From NCBI RefSeq assembly GCF_004340985.1, contig NZ_SLYB01000002.1, positions 4,082 to 44,081 on the forward strand: DNA of 40,000 bases, written 5' to 3'. The stretch is from Cricetibacter osteomyelitidis (lineage in GTDB: Bacteria; Pseudomonadota; Gammaproteobacteria; Enterobacterales; Pasteurellaceae). Under the pieces are notes generated by a model, which saw nothing but the letters and a program-made list of their open reading frames with translations, ran no database searches and was not told the origin of the DNA. Of the stretch, positions 8,819 through 20,473 are shown piece by piece. Numbering within the stretch: the first letter of the stretch is position 1; each line of letters begins with the position of its first letter. The translations under genes were made by a program, and so were the position numbers.

Positions 8819-10921
8819 TTATTTTTTACGGGCTTCAATTACTGCCGCTGCTACGTTAGCAGGAGCTTCCGCGTATTTAAACGGCTCCATTGAATATGAT
8901 GCACGACCTTGAGTTTGTGAACGTAAGTCAGTTGCATAACCAAACATTTCTGAAAGTGGTACTTCCGCACTGATCATAGTTACAAATTCATTACTTTCCT
9001 GACCGTTTACGATAGCACGACGACGGCTTAAGTCACCAATTACATCACCCACATATTCCGGTGGAGTTTCAACTTCCACTTTCATGATTGGCTCAAGGAG
9101 AACAGGGTTCGCTTTGTTAAATGCTGCTTTAAACGCAATAGATGCAGCAAGTTTGAACGCTAATTCTGATGAGTCAACATCATGATATGAACCGAAGTGT
9201 AAACGTATACCCAAGTCAACTACCGGATAACCCGCTAACGGACCGGATTTAAGCTGTTCTTGAATACCTTTATCAACCGCAGGGATATATTCAGTCGGAA
9301 TTACACCACCTTTGATTTCGTTCACGAACTCATAACCAGGACCTTCCGGATCCAACGGATACATATCAATCACAACATGACCGTATTGACCGCGACCACC
9401 GGATTGTTTCGCGTGTTTACCTTCAACATCATTAACACGTGTGCGGATAGTTTCACGATAAGATACTTGTGGTTTACCGATATTCGCTTCCACTTTGAAC
9501 TCACGTTTCATACGGTCAACGATAATATCCAAGTGCAGCTCACCCATACCGGAAATAATGGTTTCACCGGACTCTTCATCCGTATGAACACGGAATGAAG
9601 GGTCTTCTTGTGCTAAACGACCTAATGCAAGACCCATTTTTTCTTGGTCTGCTTTAGTTTTCGGTTCTACCGCAACAGAAATTACCGGCTCAGGGAATTC
9701 CATACGTTCAAGAATGATTGGGGCATCAATTGCACATAACGTGTCACCGGTACCAACATCTTTCAAGCCGATTGCCGCAGCAATATCGCCCGCACGAACT
9801 TCTTTAATCTCTTCACGTTTATTTGCGTGCATCTGTACGATACGACCGAAACGTTCACGTTTGTCTTTAACAGAGTTTAATACGGTATCACCGGAATTAA
9901 TTACACCCGAATACACACGGAAGAAGGTTAAGTTACCTACAAACGGGTCAGTTGCAATTTTAAATGCAAGTGCAGAGAACGGTTCATCATCGCTTGCGTG
10001 ACGTTCACCTTCAGTTTCATCCGGGTTGATACCTTTAATCGCTTCGATATCAGTCGGTGCAGGTAAGTATTCAACTACTGCGTCAAGCATTGCTTGAACA
10101 CCTTTATTTTTGAATGCAGAACCACAAGTTACCAAGATGATTTCATTTGCAAGTACGCGTTGACGTAATGCCGCTTTGATTTCTTCTTCAGTTAACTCGT
10201 CACCGCCCAAATATTTTTCCATTAATTCTTCAGAAGATTCTGCTGCAGCTTCGATCAAGTGGTTTCTCCACTCTTCACAATCAGCCAGCATATTTGCAGG
10301 CACATCTTCATAAGTAAAAGTCATACCTTGATCAGCTTCGTTCCAGTTGATCGCTTTCATTTTGATCAAGTCAACAACACCGGTAAAGCTGTCTTCAGCA
10401 CCGATTGGAAGTTGTAGAGGAACGGAATTACCGCCTAAACGTGTTTTGATTTGTTCAACAACACGCAGGAAGTTAGCACCGGTACGGTCCATTTTGTTTA
10501 CGAATGCAATACGTGGCACTTTATATTTGTTTGCTTGACGCCATACAGTTTCGGATTGCGGTTGAACACCGCCAACCGCACAGTAAACCATTACCGCACC
10601 GTCAAGAACACGCATAGAACGTTCTACTTCAATTGTGAAGTCTACGTGCCCCGGAGTATCGATAACGTTGATACGATGTTGTTCGAACTGTTGCGACATA
10701 CCACTCCAGAATGCTGTGGTGGCCGCAGATGTAATTGTGATACCACGCTCTTGCTCTTGTTCCATCCAGTCCATGGTTGCTGCACCATCGTGCACTTCAC
10801 CGATTTTGTGACTTACGCCGGTATAGAATAAGATACGCTCAGAGGTAGTCGTTTTACCCGCATCAATGTGGGCACTGATACCAATGTTACGGTAGCGTGA
10901 AATAGGGGTTGTACGAGCCAT
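8819..10921 (-). CDS. fusA: Elongation factor G
   Basis: The 700 aa product begins [35 protein letters not shown]. It occupies the expected str operon position. Confidence 0.97.
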   Translation of the reverse strand: MARTTPISRYRNIGISAHIDAGKTTTSERILFYTGVSHKIGEVHDGAATMDWMEQEQERGITITSAATTAFWSGMSQQFEQHRINVIDTPGHVDFTIEVERSMRVLDGAVMVYCAVGGVQPQSETVWRQANKYKVPRIAFVNKMDRTGANFLRVVEQIKTRLGGNSVPLQLPIGAEDSFTGVVDLIKMKAINWNEADQGMTFTYEDVPANMLADCEEWRNHLIEAAAESSEELMEKYLGGDELTEEEIKAALRQRVLANEIILVTCGSAFKNKGVQAMLDAVVEYLPAPTDIEAIKGINPDETEGERHASDDEPFSALAFKIATDPFVGNLTFFRVYSGVINSGDTVLNSVKDKRERFGRIVQMHANKREEIKEVRAGDIAAAIGLKDVGTGDTLCAIDAPIILERMEFPEPVISVAVEPKTKADQEKMGLALGRLAQEDPSFRVHTDEESGETIISGMGELHLDIIVDRMKREFKVEANIGKPQVSYRETIRTRVNDVEGKHAKQSGGRGQYGHVVIDMYPLDPEGPGYEFVNEIKGGVIPTEYIPAVDKGIQEQLKSGPLAGYPVVDLGIRLHFGSYHDVDSSELAFKLAASIAFKAAFNKANPVLLEPIMKVEVETPPEYVGDVIGDLSRRRAIVNGQESNEFVTMISAEVPLSEMFGYATDLRSQTQGRASYSMEPFKYAEAPANVAAAVIEARKK

Positions 10922-11035
10922 TATTATTTCCTTGCTGGAATTATTAATTTAAAAATTTAATATGCGTAAGGCTTTACCGCACTTTTGTGAAAACACATCA
11001 ATGAGATAAAGCCTATAAAACGTTGCCTAACGAAA

Positions 11036-11524
<489 letters not shown>

Positions 11525-11647
11525 TTAATCTTCAGGATTATCCAAAACTCTTAAATAATTCACCGCACTTTGCGATGTCTATTTTTACTGGAGTTTATGG
11601 TTAATTAATAATTTAATTGACGTTTGGCCTTACTTAACGGAGAACCA

Positions 11648-12073
<426 letters not shown>

Positions 12074-12099
12074 CTATCCCATAGAGAGATAGACAGCAC

Positions 12100-12128
12100 A
12101 TTTTAGTGAGTTAAATGCCGAGTGTCAA
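12100..12128 (-). promoter_or_regulatory. Sigma-70 promoter candidate for rpsL / the str operon
   Basis: The minus strand reads TTGACA (12128-12123), then a 17 nt spacer, then TAAAAT (12105-12100). This sits about 75 nt upstream of the rpsL ATG. Confidence 0.55.
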
Positions 12129-12235
12129 GGATTAAGCAAGGATCTTTTCAGATCCTTATGCGGGCAAATTAAAAACTTTTACAAAACCTACCGCACTTTC
12201 ATGCTCCTCCGGTTACTGATTTTTGTGAGGTGCCA

Positions 12236-12511
12236 TTAAAGTGCAAATTGCGGACTAAACCGTTCCGTTAGTTGCACTAAATTTTCCATTGAAATCAACC
12301 GCACTTTGTGTCCTTCCGGCAAAAGTGCGGTGAGATTGCGGGCTGAAACATCGGTTTCCAATATATAGCAATCTGCAAAAAACTCCGGATATTTCACCGC
12401 TAATAACACGCCGTTTTGCCATAATAGCACGGCATCTTGTGCGGTGATATTTTCCAGAATACGTTGTAATTCCGGTTGCGGGTAATCCGCCTGCGAAAAG
12501 GTATAGAGCAT
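12236..12511 (-). CDS. tusB: tRNA 2-thiouridine synthesis sulfur relay protein TusB (DsrH family)
   Basis: The 91 aa product is collinear with E. coli TusB/YheL. It occupies the last position of the tusDCB cluster upstream of rpsL. Confidence 0.85.
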   Translation of the reverse strand: MLYTFSQADYPQPELQRILENITAQDAVLLWQNGVLLAVKYPEFFADCYILETDVSARNLTALLPEGHKVRLISMENLVQLTERFSPQFAL

Positions 12512-12512
12512 A

Positions 12513-12875
12513 TTAAAACACCAGAATTTTTTCTGCCTGATTGAGTTGCCGCATCAATAAAGTGCGGTCTGTTTTTTGCAAATTTAGCACCAAATCCTGC
12601 TCGCTCAATGAAAATCGTTGCAAAGATTGTTCACAAATGTAACGATTTTCGATGTCGTATAAATCTAATAATTTGAACAGCGGAATATAGTCTTTTTGCA
12701 AAATGTGATCCGGTTGCTGATTTTTCAGTAAATTCAGCACGCCGTCATCCATAAAATGGACGGCAATTTCGTTTTCATCACAAAATGCGGTGGCTGCCAA
12801 TAAAGCATCGAGCCCTTCGCGGCTGACTGATGTACCGTGGGGAGCGGTGCGGAAAACAAAGGCGAGTTTAATCAT
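12513..12875 (-). CDS. tusC: Sulfur relay protein TusC (DsrF family)
   Basis: The 120 aa product contains [26 protein letters not shown] (E. coli TusC has [26 protein letters not shown]). Confidence 0.85.
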   Translation of the reverse strand: MIKLAFVFRTAPHGTSVSREGLDALLAATAFCDENEIAVHFMDDGVLNLLKNQQPDHILQKDYIPLFKLLDLYDIENRYICEQSLQRFSLSEQDLVLNLQKTDRTLLMRQLNQAEKILVF

Positions 12876-13252
12876 AATGTGATCACTCTGTCGGCTTCCA
12901 AGGTAGCTTTGGTAAATTCGCCAAGCCCGGCAATAGTAAAATATTCGGCGAGATTAGTTTGATCAGCATAAAGTGCGGTGAGTTTATCCACAATTCCGCG
13001 GCGTTGTGAAGCCGCCACGCATAAATGCAGCGGCACTTGATGTTCTTGCGCCAACCGCTGCCAAAGTTTGACTAAATTCACTTCGTCATTAGCAGGATAA
13101 ACCAAGACATTGCCGTTGCTGACGCCCTCTTGAAAGAAAAAGATTTGCGTGATTTGGTGTCCGGCACGTAATAATGCCACGGCAAATTGATAGGCGGTAT
13201 AGGCTCCCTGCGAACCATAGACCGGCTGTTTCACCGCTAACACATAGTTCAC
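12872..13252 (-). CDS. tusD: Sulfurtransferase TusD (DsrE family)
   Basis: The 126 aa product has the conserved [14 protein letters not shown] block. It overlaps both neighbouring genes by 4 nt. Confidence 0.85.
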   Translation of the reverse strand: MNYVLAVKQPVYGSQGAYTAYQFAVALLRAGHQITQIFFFQEGVSNGNVLVYPANDEVNLVKLWQRLAQEHQVPLHLCVAASQRRGIVDKLTALYADQTNLAEYFTIAGLGEFTKATLEADRVITL

Positions 13253-13914
13253 TTGGCATCGTCCTGTTTGATTTGGCGAATATATAAATATACCGTATGA
13301 CGGGAAATATTTAAGCGTTCCGCCACTAAATTTATGGCATCTTTAATATCAAAAATCCCTTTTTCAAACAGAGAGACGACGATTTGGCGGTTTTTATTAT
13401 TATTCGCGACCAATCTGTCTGCCGTCACTTCTTCGATAGTATGTTCAATGGTTTGTGTCACTAAATCTTCCACCGAGCTGGCGAAATTCACCGCTGCGGC
13501 ATCCGCCTGTTCCGCCGTCGGCATAAAGGCTTGTAAGAATTGAGATACCGGTACTTCAAGATTGATATTTATGCACAGCAAACCGATGATACGTTGATCT
13601 TTGTTACGAATTGCAACAGTGACGGACTTCATCAGGCCGTTTGCTCTCGCTCGGGTAAAATAGGGCTTGGACACGCTGTCACTTTGCATATTATGTAATG
13701 ATTTCAACGCTAAATCCGTAATCGGTGAACCCACTTTGCGATTGGTATTATGCCCGTTGGCAATACAAATGGCAGAGTGTTCCAGATCTTCCAAAGAATG
13801 TAATACGATTTCGCAATGCTCGCCGATTAATGCCGACAAGCCGTCCACTACCGCAACATAGGAATTGAGAATAGTGCGATCTTCGTCAGTAAAGGGGCGA
13901 CGGTCATTTAACAT
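13249..13914 (-). CDS. yheO: YheO-like DNA-binding transcriptional regulator (PAS-like domain plus C-terminal HTH)
   Basis: The product is strongly collinear with E. coli YheO (..[23 protein letters not shown].., ..[21 protein letters not shown].., ..[13 protein letters not shown]). I re-set the start to the ATG at 13914, which has SD GAGGAG 7 nt upstream. The track start at 13971 adds 19 non-conserved residues. Confidence 0.85.
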   Translation of the reverse strand: MLNDRRPFTDEDRTILNSYVAVVDGLSALIGEHCEIVLHSLEDLEHSAICIANGHNTNRKVGSPITDLALKSLHNMQSDSVSKPYFTRARANGLMKSVTVAIRNKDQRIIGLLCININLEVPVSQFLQAFMPTAEQADAAAVNFASSVEDLVTQTIEHTIEEVTADRLVANNNKNRQIVVSLFEKGIFDIKDAINLVAERLNISRHTVYLYIRQIKQDDAK

Positions 13915-13943
13915 AGCGGGGACTCCTCTTTCTTTCAAAAATA

Positions 13944-13979
13944 AACCGCACTTTAACATAAAAATCGTCAAAGTGCGGT
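13944..13979 (-). terminator. Hairpin terminator formed by an uptake-signal-sequence pair, after fkpA
   Basis: AACCGCACTTT (13944-13954) and AAAGTGCGGT (13969-13978) are inverted copies, giving a 10 bp stem. On the minus strand the hairpin is followed by TTATTTTTG. Confidence 0.55.
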
Positions 13980-13990
13980 CAAATTATAGA

Positions 13991-14725
13991 TTATTTTACT
14001 GCTTCTGCGGCAGGAGTCACATCTAACAATTCAATATCAAAAATCAAGGTTGAATTGCCCGGAATAGCATCGCCCGCACCTTGTTTACCGTATGCTAACT
14101 CCGGTGGCAATACCAATTCGATTTTGCCGCCTTTTTTGATTAACGCGATACCTTCTGTCCAGCCCGGAATTAATTGCGATAACGTAAATTCTGCCGGCTG
14201 ACCGCGTTCTGCGGAACTGTCAAACACTGTCCCATCAACCAATTTACCGGTGTAATGCACTTTTACCGTATCCTCCGGTTTTGGCGCCCCCCCTTCGCCC
14301 GCTTTTTCAATTTTATATAAAATACCGGATTGAGTTTGTTTAACACCGTCTTTTTTCGCATAATCCGCACGGAACGCATCGCCTTTGGTTTTGGCTTGCT
14401 GTGCCAGTTCTTGTGCTTTAGCTATTTTAATTTCTTCAATCTTACTGAATAACGCTTGGTTTTGTTGTTGTAATTGTTCGTTTGTTAAGGTCACTTTACC
14501 ATTAACGGCATCTTTAACCCCTTTTAATAACAATTCTTTATCTAATTTAATCAGGTTTTTTTGATCCGACAACATGGATTCCAAATATTTACCCATTGAT
14601 ACGCCAACTGCATAAGACGAATCGTCAATAAATTTTTTGTCGGTAATTTGTGCATCCGCCGCTAATGCTGTCGAATATGAAAATACTGCACCGATTAACA
14701 AGGCAGCTGCTGATAATTTTTTCAT
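13991..14725 (-). CDS. fkpA: FKBP-type peptidyl-prolyl cis-trans isomerase FkpA (periplasmic)
   Basis: The signal peptide is MKKLSAAALLIGAVFSYSTALA. The C-terminal FKBP domain reads VHYTGKLVDGTVFDSS...IPGWTEG. Confidence 0.9.
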   Translation of the reverse strand: MKKLSAAALLIGAVFSYSTALAADAQITDKKFIDDSSYAVGVSMGKYLESMLSDQKNLIKLDKELLLKGVKDAVNGKVTLTNEQLQQQNQALFSKIEEIKIAKAQELAQQAKTKGDAFRADYAKKDGVKQTQSGILYKIEKAGEGGAPKPEDTVKVHYTGKLVDGTVFDSSAERGQPAEFTLSQLIPGWTEGIALIKKGGKIELVLPPELAYGKQGAGDAIPGNSTLIFDIELLDVTPAAEAVK

Positions 14726-14792
14726 TTTTTATTTATCCTGTATAATGAATGGAAATTTATGGGATAGTATCACCTTTAGTTAGGGATTTTCA

Positions 14793-15014
14793 ATGACTCA
14801 ATTACAAAAAATCGAACAGCGACTAGCCGAATTAGAAATGAAAACCACTTTTCAGGAACAGACTATCGAAGAATTGAATCAATCTTTGATCGAACAACAA
14901 TTTATAGTTGATAAACTGCAAATTCAAGTGCGTCATTTAGCCGCCAAACTGGCCGGTATGCAGTTATCTAATATCGCCAGTCAAGCGGAAGAAACGCCAC
15001 CGCCGCATTATTAA
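14793..15014 (+). CDS. slyX: SlyX family coiled-coil protein
   Basis: The 73 aa product contains [30 protein letters not shown]. It is divergent from fkpA, as in E. coli. Confidence 0.85.
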   Translation: MTQLQKIEQRLAELEMKTTFQEQTIEELNQSLIEQQFIVDKLQIQVRHLAAKLAGMQLSNIASQAEETPPPHY

Positions 15015-15019
15015 TAAAT

Positions 15020-15043
15020 AATGGAGAATCAAGGTTCTCCATT
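15020..15043. terminator. Hairpin between the convergent slyX and yqhA genes (possible bidirectional terminator)
   Basis: AATGGAGAA - TCAAGG - TTCTCCATT forms a 9 bp perfect stem. The flanking T/A runs are only modest. Confidence 0.4.
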
Positions 15044-15052
15044 ATGTCTTAT

Positions 15053-15598
15053 TTAATGGTTTTTATGTACCGTGCCATACAAAATCTTATCCGTCAACGC
15101 CAAACCAATAGCTGATGCAATAAAGCCGAGATGAATCAACAACTGCCACATCATTTGTTTTTCCGTAAGATTTGCCGTATTGATAAAGGTTTGCAGCAAA
15201 TGGATGGAAGAAATACTGATAATCGCCATCGCAAGTTTAACCTTCAATACCGAAGCATTAACATGGCTTAGCCATTCCGGTTCATCGGGGTGACCATCCG
15301 TATTTAATCTCGACACAAACGTTTCATAACCGCCGATCAACACCATAATCAACAGGTTGGCAATCATCACGACATCTATAAGATTGAGCACTGCCAACAT
15401 CACGGTATTGGAATCATAAACGCCCAGATTCACCACCAAATCCCATAATAACGTGCCGAATTTATAGGCATATACACCTTGCACGACGATCAAACCAAAA
15501 TAAATCGGCAGTTGAATCCAACGGCTGGCAAACACCATTTGACTAATTAAAGTCGGTGTTCTTTTACGTGGTTTTCTGATTTTAAGTTCTTGTTCCAT
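15053..15598 (-). CDS. yqhA: UPF0114 family inner-membrane protein YqhA
   Basis: The 181 aa product is collinear with E. coli YqhA ([13 protein letters not shown]..., GGYETFVS..., SSIHLLQTF...). Confidence 0.8.
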   Translation of the reverse strand: MEQELKIRKPRKRTPTLISQMVFASRWIQLPIYFGLIVVQGVYAYKFGTLLWDLVVNLGVYDSNTVMLAVLNLIDVVMIANLLIMVLIGGYETFVSRLNTDGHPDEPEWLSHVNASVLKVKLAMAIISISSIHLLQTFINTANLTEKQMMWQLLIHLGFIASAIGLALTDKILYGTVHKNH

Positions 15599-15623
15599 AG
15601 ATTCCTTTGATAGATTGATACCA

Positions 15624-15647
15624 CAAAAAACCCGGAATAAATCCGGG
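15624..15647 (-). terminator. Rho-independent terminator after rpoH
   Basis: The minus strand reads CCCGGA-TTTAT-TCCGGG followed by TTTTTTGTGG. Confidence 0.6.
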
Positions 15648-15675
15648 CTTTGCTTATAAGTTACTTTAAAATTTC

Positions 15676-16521
15676 TTAAAAACTGACCGCACTTTTTAGC
15701 TTTTTCAAAGCGTTGCTTTCAAGTTGTCGTACTCGTTCCGCAGAGATGTTATATTTCGCCGCCAAATCCTGCAACGTAGCTTTGTTTTCATCCAGCCAAC
15801 GGGTTTTGATAATATCTTGGCTACGGGCATCTAAACTTGCCAAAGCCGTAGAAAGTTGCTCCGCCGCTTCGTTTTCGTAATTTTCGTTCTCCAATTCAGA
15901 GGCAAAGTTGGAATTTTTATCTTCCAAATATAATGCCGGTGAATAGGTTTCTTCTTCCGTTTCATCCGTCGGCAAATCAAATGCCACATCGGAACCGGTC
16001 ATACGGGATTCCATTTCCAACACATCTTGTGCGGATACGCCCAATTCGTCGGCAACCATGTTCACTTCGTTGTCACTGAACCAACCTAAACGCTGCTTGG
16101 TTTTACGCAAATTAAAGAATAATTTACGCTGTGCTTTGGTAGTGGCTACTTTCACGATACGCCAGTTACGCAACACATATTCGTGAATTTCCGCTTTGAT
16201 CCAATGCACTGCAAAAGACACCAAACGCACGCCTATTTCCGGATTAAAGCGTTTCACTGCTTTCATCAAACCGATATTGCCTTCCTGAATCAAATCCGCT
16301 TGCGGCAAGCCATAACCGGAATAGCCGCGGGCGACATGAATGACAAAACGAAGGTGGGACAAAATCAGTTTTTTTGCCGCTTCCACATCTTCATTGTAGT
16401 ACAAACGTTCTGCCAGGCTTTTTTCTTCTTCCGCGGTGAGCATAGGGTACTCGTTTGCCGCACGGATATAGCCTTCGATACTACCTTGCGGTACGAGCAT
16501 CATTGTTTGTTCTGTATTCAT
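15676..16521 (-). CDS. rpoH: RNA polymerase heat-shock sigma factor sigma-32
   Basis: The 281 aa product carries the RpoH box [17 protein letters not shown]. Sigma-70 regions 2 and 4 are conserved. Confidence 0.95.
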   Translation of the reverse strand: MNTEQTMMLVPQGSIEGYIRAANEYPMLTAEEEKSLAERLYYNEDVEAAKKLILSHLRFVIHVARGYSGYGLPQADLIQEGNIGLMKAVKRFNPEIGVRLVSFAVHWIKAEIHEYVLRNWRIVKVATTKAQRKLFFNLRKTKQRLGWFSDNEVNMVADELGVSAQDVLEMESRMTGSDVAFDLPTDETEEETYSPALYLEDKNSNFASELENENYENEAAEQLSTALASLDARSQDIIKTRWLDENKATLQDLAAKYNISAERVRQLESNALKKLKSAVSF

Positions 16522-16792
16522 TCTCTTCCTTCTTACCTTCCAGCATGTTTACTGGTGTTTAGTTATAACATAAATTCTGACAAAATCAATCATGACGGCC
16601 AAAATTTTATGTTAAATTAGACCGCACTTTTCTTAAAAAATTCTTAATTTCTGATGGCTTTCAGGGAATTTTTTGAGCAGATTTATCACGATCGCCCACT
16701 AATAATCGTTCATTAGGTTTTGATCAATTTTTTCTCTTAATGTTATTGTTTGCATGCTTGTCAGTCTTATTCGATTTTAAAGAAATTAAGCA

Positions 16793-17482
16793 TTATGCCA
16801 ACCGGGGAGAGCTTGTCAATGCCTGCAATTTACGCACGATAAAACTCAATGCTACGCCATAAGCAGGAACAAACAAAACAATACCGATAAACAGCTTGAA
16901 TAAATAATCAACAAAACCTAATTGCATCCAATGTTCTGCCATAAACGGATCACTGCTGGCATAAAACGCCACCGCAAAGAATAACAACGTATCCGCCATA
17001 GAACCGAATACCATAGAACTGGTGGGAGCAATCCACCACGTTTTGAGTTGGCGTAAACGGTTAAACACTAACACATCCAATAATTGACCGAATACATAAG
17101 CACAAAAACTGGCAAAAGCGATACGGAATACAAAGCCGTTAAAACTGCTTAACGCGGACAAGCCTTGGTAGTGCGTTTCAAAAAACAGCACGGAAATTAA
17201 GTAGCTGATCACTAATGCCGGCAACATTACCATAAAAATAATCCAGCGGGCTTCTTTCGCACCAAAAATCCGTACAGTTAAATCCGTCGCTAAAAAAATA
17301 AACGGAAACGTCAAGGTTCCCCAAGTGCTATGGAAAGAAAATTCGCCAAAAGGCAACCGCACTTCAAAAGGAATCTGCACTAAATAATTGCTTGCCGCAA
17401 TAATAAAAATATGAAAAAAACTAAGAATAATTAACGCGTTGCGTTTTTGTTGAGATGTAAAGGGGGAATAAATAGCGTTCAT
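16793..17482 (-). CDS. yhhQ: Queuosine precursor (preQ0/preQ1) transporter, YhhQ / DUF165 family
   Basis: The product is collinear with E. coli YhhQ (FHSTWGTLTFPFIFLATDLTVRIFG, VFNRLRQLKTWWIAPT). I re-set the start to the ATG at 17482, which has SD AGGA 6 nt upstream. The track start at 17539 adds 19 residues and would overlap the leader element. Confidence 0.85.
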   Translation of the reverse strand: MNAIYSPFTSQQKRNALIILSFFHIFIIAASNYLVQIPFEVRLPFGEFSFHSTWGTLTFPFIFLATDLTVRIFGAKEARWIIFMVMLPALVISYLISVLFFETHYQGLSALSSFNGFVFRIAFASFCAYVFGQLLDVLVFNRLRQLKTWWIAPTSSMVFGSMADTLLFFAVAFYASSDPFMAEHWMQLGFVDYLFKLFIGIVLFVPAYGVALSFIVRKLQALTSSPRLA

Positions 17483-17485
17483 TTT

Positions 17486-17535
17486 ATATCCTTTTTTTAG
17501 ATTAATCGTCGCCAGGGTGAGGGAACCTAGCCTAT
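17486..17535 (-). promoter_or_regulatory. Candidate preQ1-I riboswitch in the yhhQ leader
   Basis: The minus-strand RNA reads CUAGGUUCCCUCACCCUGG CGACGAUUAAUCUAAAAAAAGGAUAUAAAAUG. Stem P1 pairs CUAGG with CCUGG. The stem-loop begins GGUUC and ends ACCCU, as in the B. subtilis queC aptamer (AGAGGUUCUAGCUACACCCUCUAUAAAAAACUAAGG). An A-rich tail runs into the SD. The linker is longer than in the canonical aptamer. Confidence 0.4.
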
Positions 17536-17686
17536 CCACATAAAATGCGGACTGAAAATGATACTGAATTGGCGTGATTTTTCAAGTGGATTTTAATGTA
17601 AAACTTGTCAGATATCTCTTCTTATACAAATTATGTACCAATTTCAGTATCATTTTTATATACGCTGTTAGATAAAGAAAATAATT

Positions 17687-19051
17687 TCAGCTGCAAACAA
17701 CTTTAACCGCCAATCCGCCTTGGGAAGTTTCTCGGTATTTTGCATTCATATCTTTACCGGTTTCATACATGGTTTCGATCACTTTGTCTAATGACACTCG
17801 CGGGTTTGATGTCCGTCGTAATGCCATTCGAGCGGCATTAATCGCTTTTACCGAAGCAATGGCGTTACGTTCGATGCAAGGCACTTGCACTTGTCCGCTC
17901 ACAGGGTCGCAGGTTAAACCGAGATTATGCTCCATGGCGATTTCCGCTGCGATACACACCTGCTCCGGACTGCCGCCAAGAATTTCCGTGAGTCCTGCCG
18001 CCGCCATTGAACAAGCTACCCCCACTTCGCCTTGACAACCCACTTCGGCACCGGAGATCGAGGCGTTCATTTTGTATAAGGAGCCTATCATTCCGCAGGC
18101 TAATAAATAGCGTTCAATTGTTTCGGAATTAAGAGGCGAAATAAATTTTTGATAGTAAGACAATACGGCGGGTACAATTCCACATGCGCCGTTTGTCGGT
18201 GCCGTGACCACTCGTCCGCCGGCGGCATTTTCTTCGTTTACAGCAAGCGCATACACGTTAATCCAGTCAATTATCTGCATCGGGTCATTGGTCAATGAGC
18301 TGTTTGCCTGTAATAATCGATGCAAAGATGAAGCTCGACGAGATACTTTCAACGGACCGGGTAAAATACCTTCCGTACTTAAACCGTGCTCAATGCAATC
18401 CGTCATGGTTTTCCAAATCAAGGCAAGGTGGGCTGAAACGGCTTCTTTGCCGTGTAATGCAATTTCATTTTTAAGCATTATGGTGGAGAGTGCCAAACCC
18501 GTTTCACGACAATAGTTTAAAATATCTTCTGCATTATTATAGGGATAGGGAATATCTTGTTGAGCATCTTGTTGCTGACCGAAATGAGCTTCATCCACGA
18601 TAAAACCGCCGCCGATAGAATAGTAAGTCTGTTGGTAAATGATTTCTTGCTCAATAAGTGCGGTAATTCTCATCCCGTTTTCATGTAATGAGAGAAAGCT
18701 ATTATGAAATTCCATATCTTCATCAAAATGAAATTTAACCGTATATTTCCCTTCGGCAATAGGTAAAAGTGCGGTCCGTTTTACCTCAGAAATGAAATGA
18801 GGAATGCTGTCAATATCCACGTTGTGCGGCAAATAGCCTGCCAATCCCATAATAATGGCAATATCGGTGTTATGACCGCGACCGGTCATCGACAATGAAC
18901 CGTACACATCCGCATGAATTTGAGTAATATCTGCGATTTTGCCTTGTTCGATCAAATCGTCAATAAATTGTTTTCCCGCTTTCATTGGTCCCACGGTATG
19001 CGAGCTTGAAGGCCCAATCCCTACCTTAAACATATCAAAAACGCTAATCAT
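17687..19051 (-). CDS. sdaA: L-serine dehydratase (iron-sulfur dependent, single-chain)
   Basis: The 454 aa product begins MISVFDMFKVGIGPSSSHTVGPM and is collinear with E. coli SdaA throughout. Confidence 0.93.
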   Translation of the reverse strand: MISVFDMFKVGIGPSSSHTVGPMKAGKQFIDDLIEQGKIADITQIHADVYGSLSMTGRGHNTDIAIIMGLAGYLPHNVDIDSIPHFISEVKRTALLPIAEGKYTVKFHFDEDMEFHNSFLSLHENGMRITALIEQEIIYQQTYYSIGGGFIVDEAHFGQQQDAQQDIPYPYNNAEDILNYCRETGLALSTIMLKNEIALHGKEAVSAHLALIWKTMTDCIEHGLSTEGILPGPLKVSRRASSLHRLLQANSSLTNDPMQIIDWINVYALAVNEENAAGGRVVTAPTNGACGIVPAVLSYYQKFISPLNSETIERYLLACGMIGSLYKMNASISGAEVGCQGEVGVACSMAAAGLTEILGGSPEQVCIAAEIAMEHNLGLTCDPVSGQVQVPCIERNAIASVKAINAARMALRRTSNPRVSLDKVIETMYETGKDMNAKYRETSQGGLAVKVVCS

Positions 19052-19071
19052 ATTATTCTCTTTTTAAAAAT

Positions 19072-19107
19072 AATTACCTTCACTCAATGAAATGAGTGAA
19101 GGTAATT
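19072..19107 (-). repeat. Perfect 15 bp stem, 6 nt loop hairpin between sdaC and sdaA
   Basis: AATTACCTTCACTCA (19072-19086), ATGAAA, TGAGTGAAGGTAATT (19093-19107). On the mRNA strand it is followed by AUUUUUAAAAAGAGAAUAAU-AUG, where the AUG is the sdaA start. Confidence 0.5.
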
Positions 19108-19150
19108 TCATTGTTATTATTGCGAAAAATTCGGTATTTTAAATTAAGTT

Positions 19151-20389
19151 TTAAAATAGTCCGTAAACGACGGCTGAAATTGCAACCAGCCCCATAACGG
19201 TGACAAATACATTACTGAATTTGCCGCTGTATTTTTTCATTGCCGGTACTTTACGGATTGCATACATCGGCATGATGAATAGGATCATTGCAATAATCGG
19301 ACCACCTAGCGATTCGATTAAACCTAAGATACTTGGATTGAGAATGGCTACTCCCCATAATGTAAATAGGAAAAATACCGCAGCACCGTAATTAAGTTTT
19401 TTACGGTTAATTTCAGTTTTTCCGCTCATTTTGATATATAACCCTTCCAAACCTTCACGTGCACCTAAATAGTGACCGAAGAATGAACTGGTAATGGCAA
19501 GGAATGCTACTAACGGGCCAAGATATGAAATGTACGGATTTTCAAATTTATTGGCTAAGAAAGATAAAATACTGATATTTTGTTCTTTTGTCGCCGCTAA
19601 TTCTGCCGGAGTCAGCGTTAACACACAGCTGAACACAAAAAACATAACAAATATAAATAAAATACTTGCAGTTCCCTTTAATGTACGACTTGCGTGTTTT
19701 TCAGTCAGTGTCGGATCTTGATATTGATGTTGCTGAGATTGAGAAAATGCAGAAATGGCCGGTGAATGGTTAAAGGAAAAGACTAATACCGGAATGGTAA
19801 TCCAAAGTGTTTTTAATAACCCCGTTGCTGTCGGAAATTCATTTAACATCGAAGTATTCCATTCAGGAATAAGATAAATAGACAATGCAAATAAAATGAA
19901 AACCAACGGATAAACCAGTAATTCGGTTAATCGTAACATAACACGTTCATTCATCAGCATCACGGAAATAAGTGCCGCAATAAGAACGAATGAAAGAATA
20001 ATACGATTTGGCGATGTCATACCTAATTGATTGACAATAAATGAATCAACGGTATTGGTAATACCATTACCGTAAATTAAAAGAATTGGAAAGATTGCAA
20101 AAAAATACAGCAAAGTAATCAATTTTCCCGCACTCTTACCGAAATGTTCTTCAACGACTTCGGTAATATCGCTACCGGGTTTTGAGGAAGACAATACAAA
20201 ACGTGACAATCCTCGGTGAGCTAAGTAAGTCATAGGACCTACGATAATCGCCATAATAATCAGCGGCCAAAAACCGCCCATACCGGCATTAATTGGTAAA
20301 AACAGTACACCGGCACCGACCGCCGTACCAAATAAATTAAGCATCCAGGTAATGTCAAATTTGCTCCATTTAGGATATTCCTGTGCCAT
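19151..20389 (-). CDS. sdaC: Serine transporter (HAAAP family)
   Basis: The 412 aa product is collinear with E. coli SdaC ([50 protein letters not shown]). It lies upstream of sdaA. Confidence 0.9.
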   Translation of the reverse strand: MAQEYPKWSKFDITWMLNLFGTAVGAGVLFLPINAGMGGFWPLIIMAIIVGPMTYLAHRGLSRFVLSSSKPGSDITEVVEEHFGKSAGKLITLLYFFAIFPILLIYGNGITNTVDSFIVNQLGMTSPNRIILSFVLIAALISVMLMNERVMLRLTELLVYPLVFILFALSIYLIPEWNTSMLNEFPTATGLLKTLWITIPVLVFSFNHSPAISAFSQSQQHQYQDPTLTEKHASRTLKGTASILFIFVMFFVFSCVLTLTPAELAATKEQNISILSFLANKFENPYISYLGPLVAFLAITSSFFGHYLGAREGLEGLYIKMSGKTEINRKKLNYGAAVFFLFTLWGVAILNPSILGLIESLGGPIIAMILFIMPMYAIRKVPAMKKYSGKFSNVFVTVMGLVAISAVVYGLF

Positions 20390-20473
20390 AAAAACTCCTT
20401 GTTTATTATTAATAAAATTCGGGCGGGATGATATGCTTAAGAGTTGTTTATCTCAAGCTTAAAATTTTGGAAA

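Noticed and set aside
16183-16620. 145 aa plus-strand ORF overlapping rpoH
   Set aside because: It is antisense to rpoH for most of its length, and its His/Phe/Cys-rich composition is typical of antisense artefacts.
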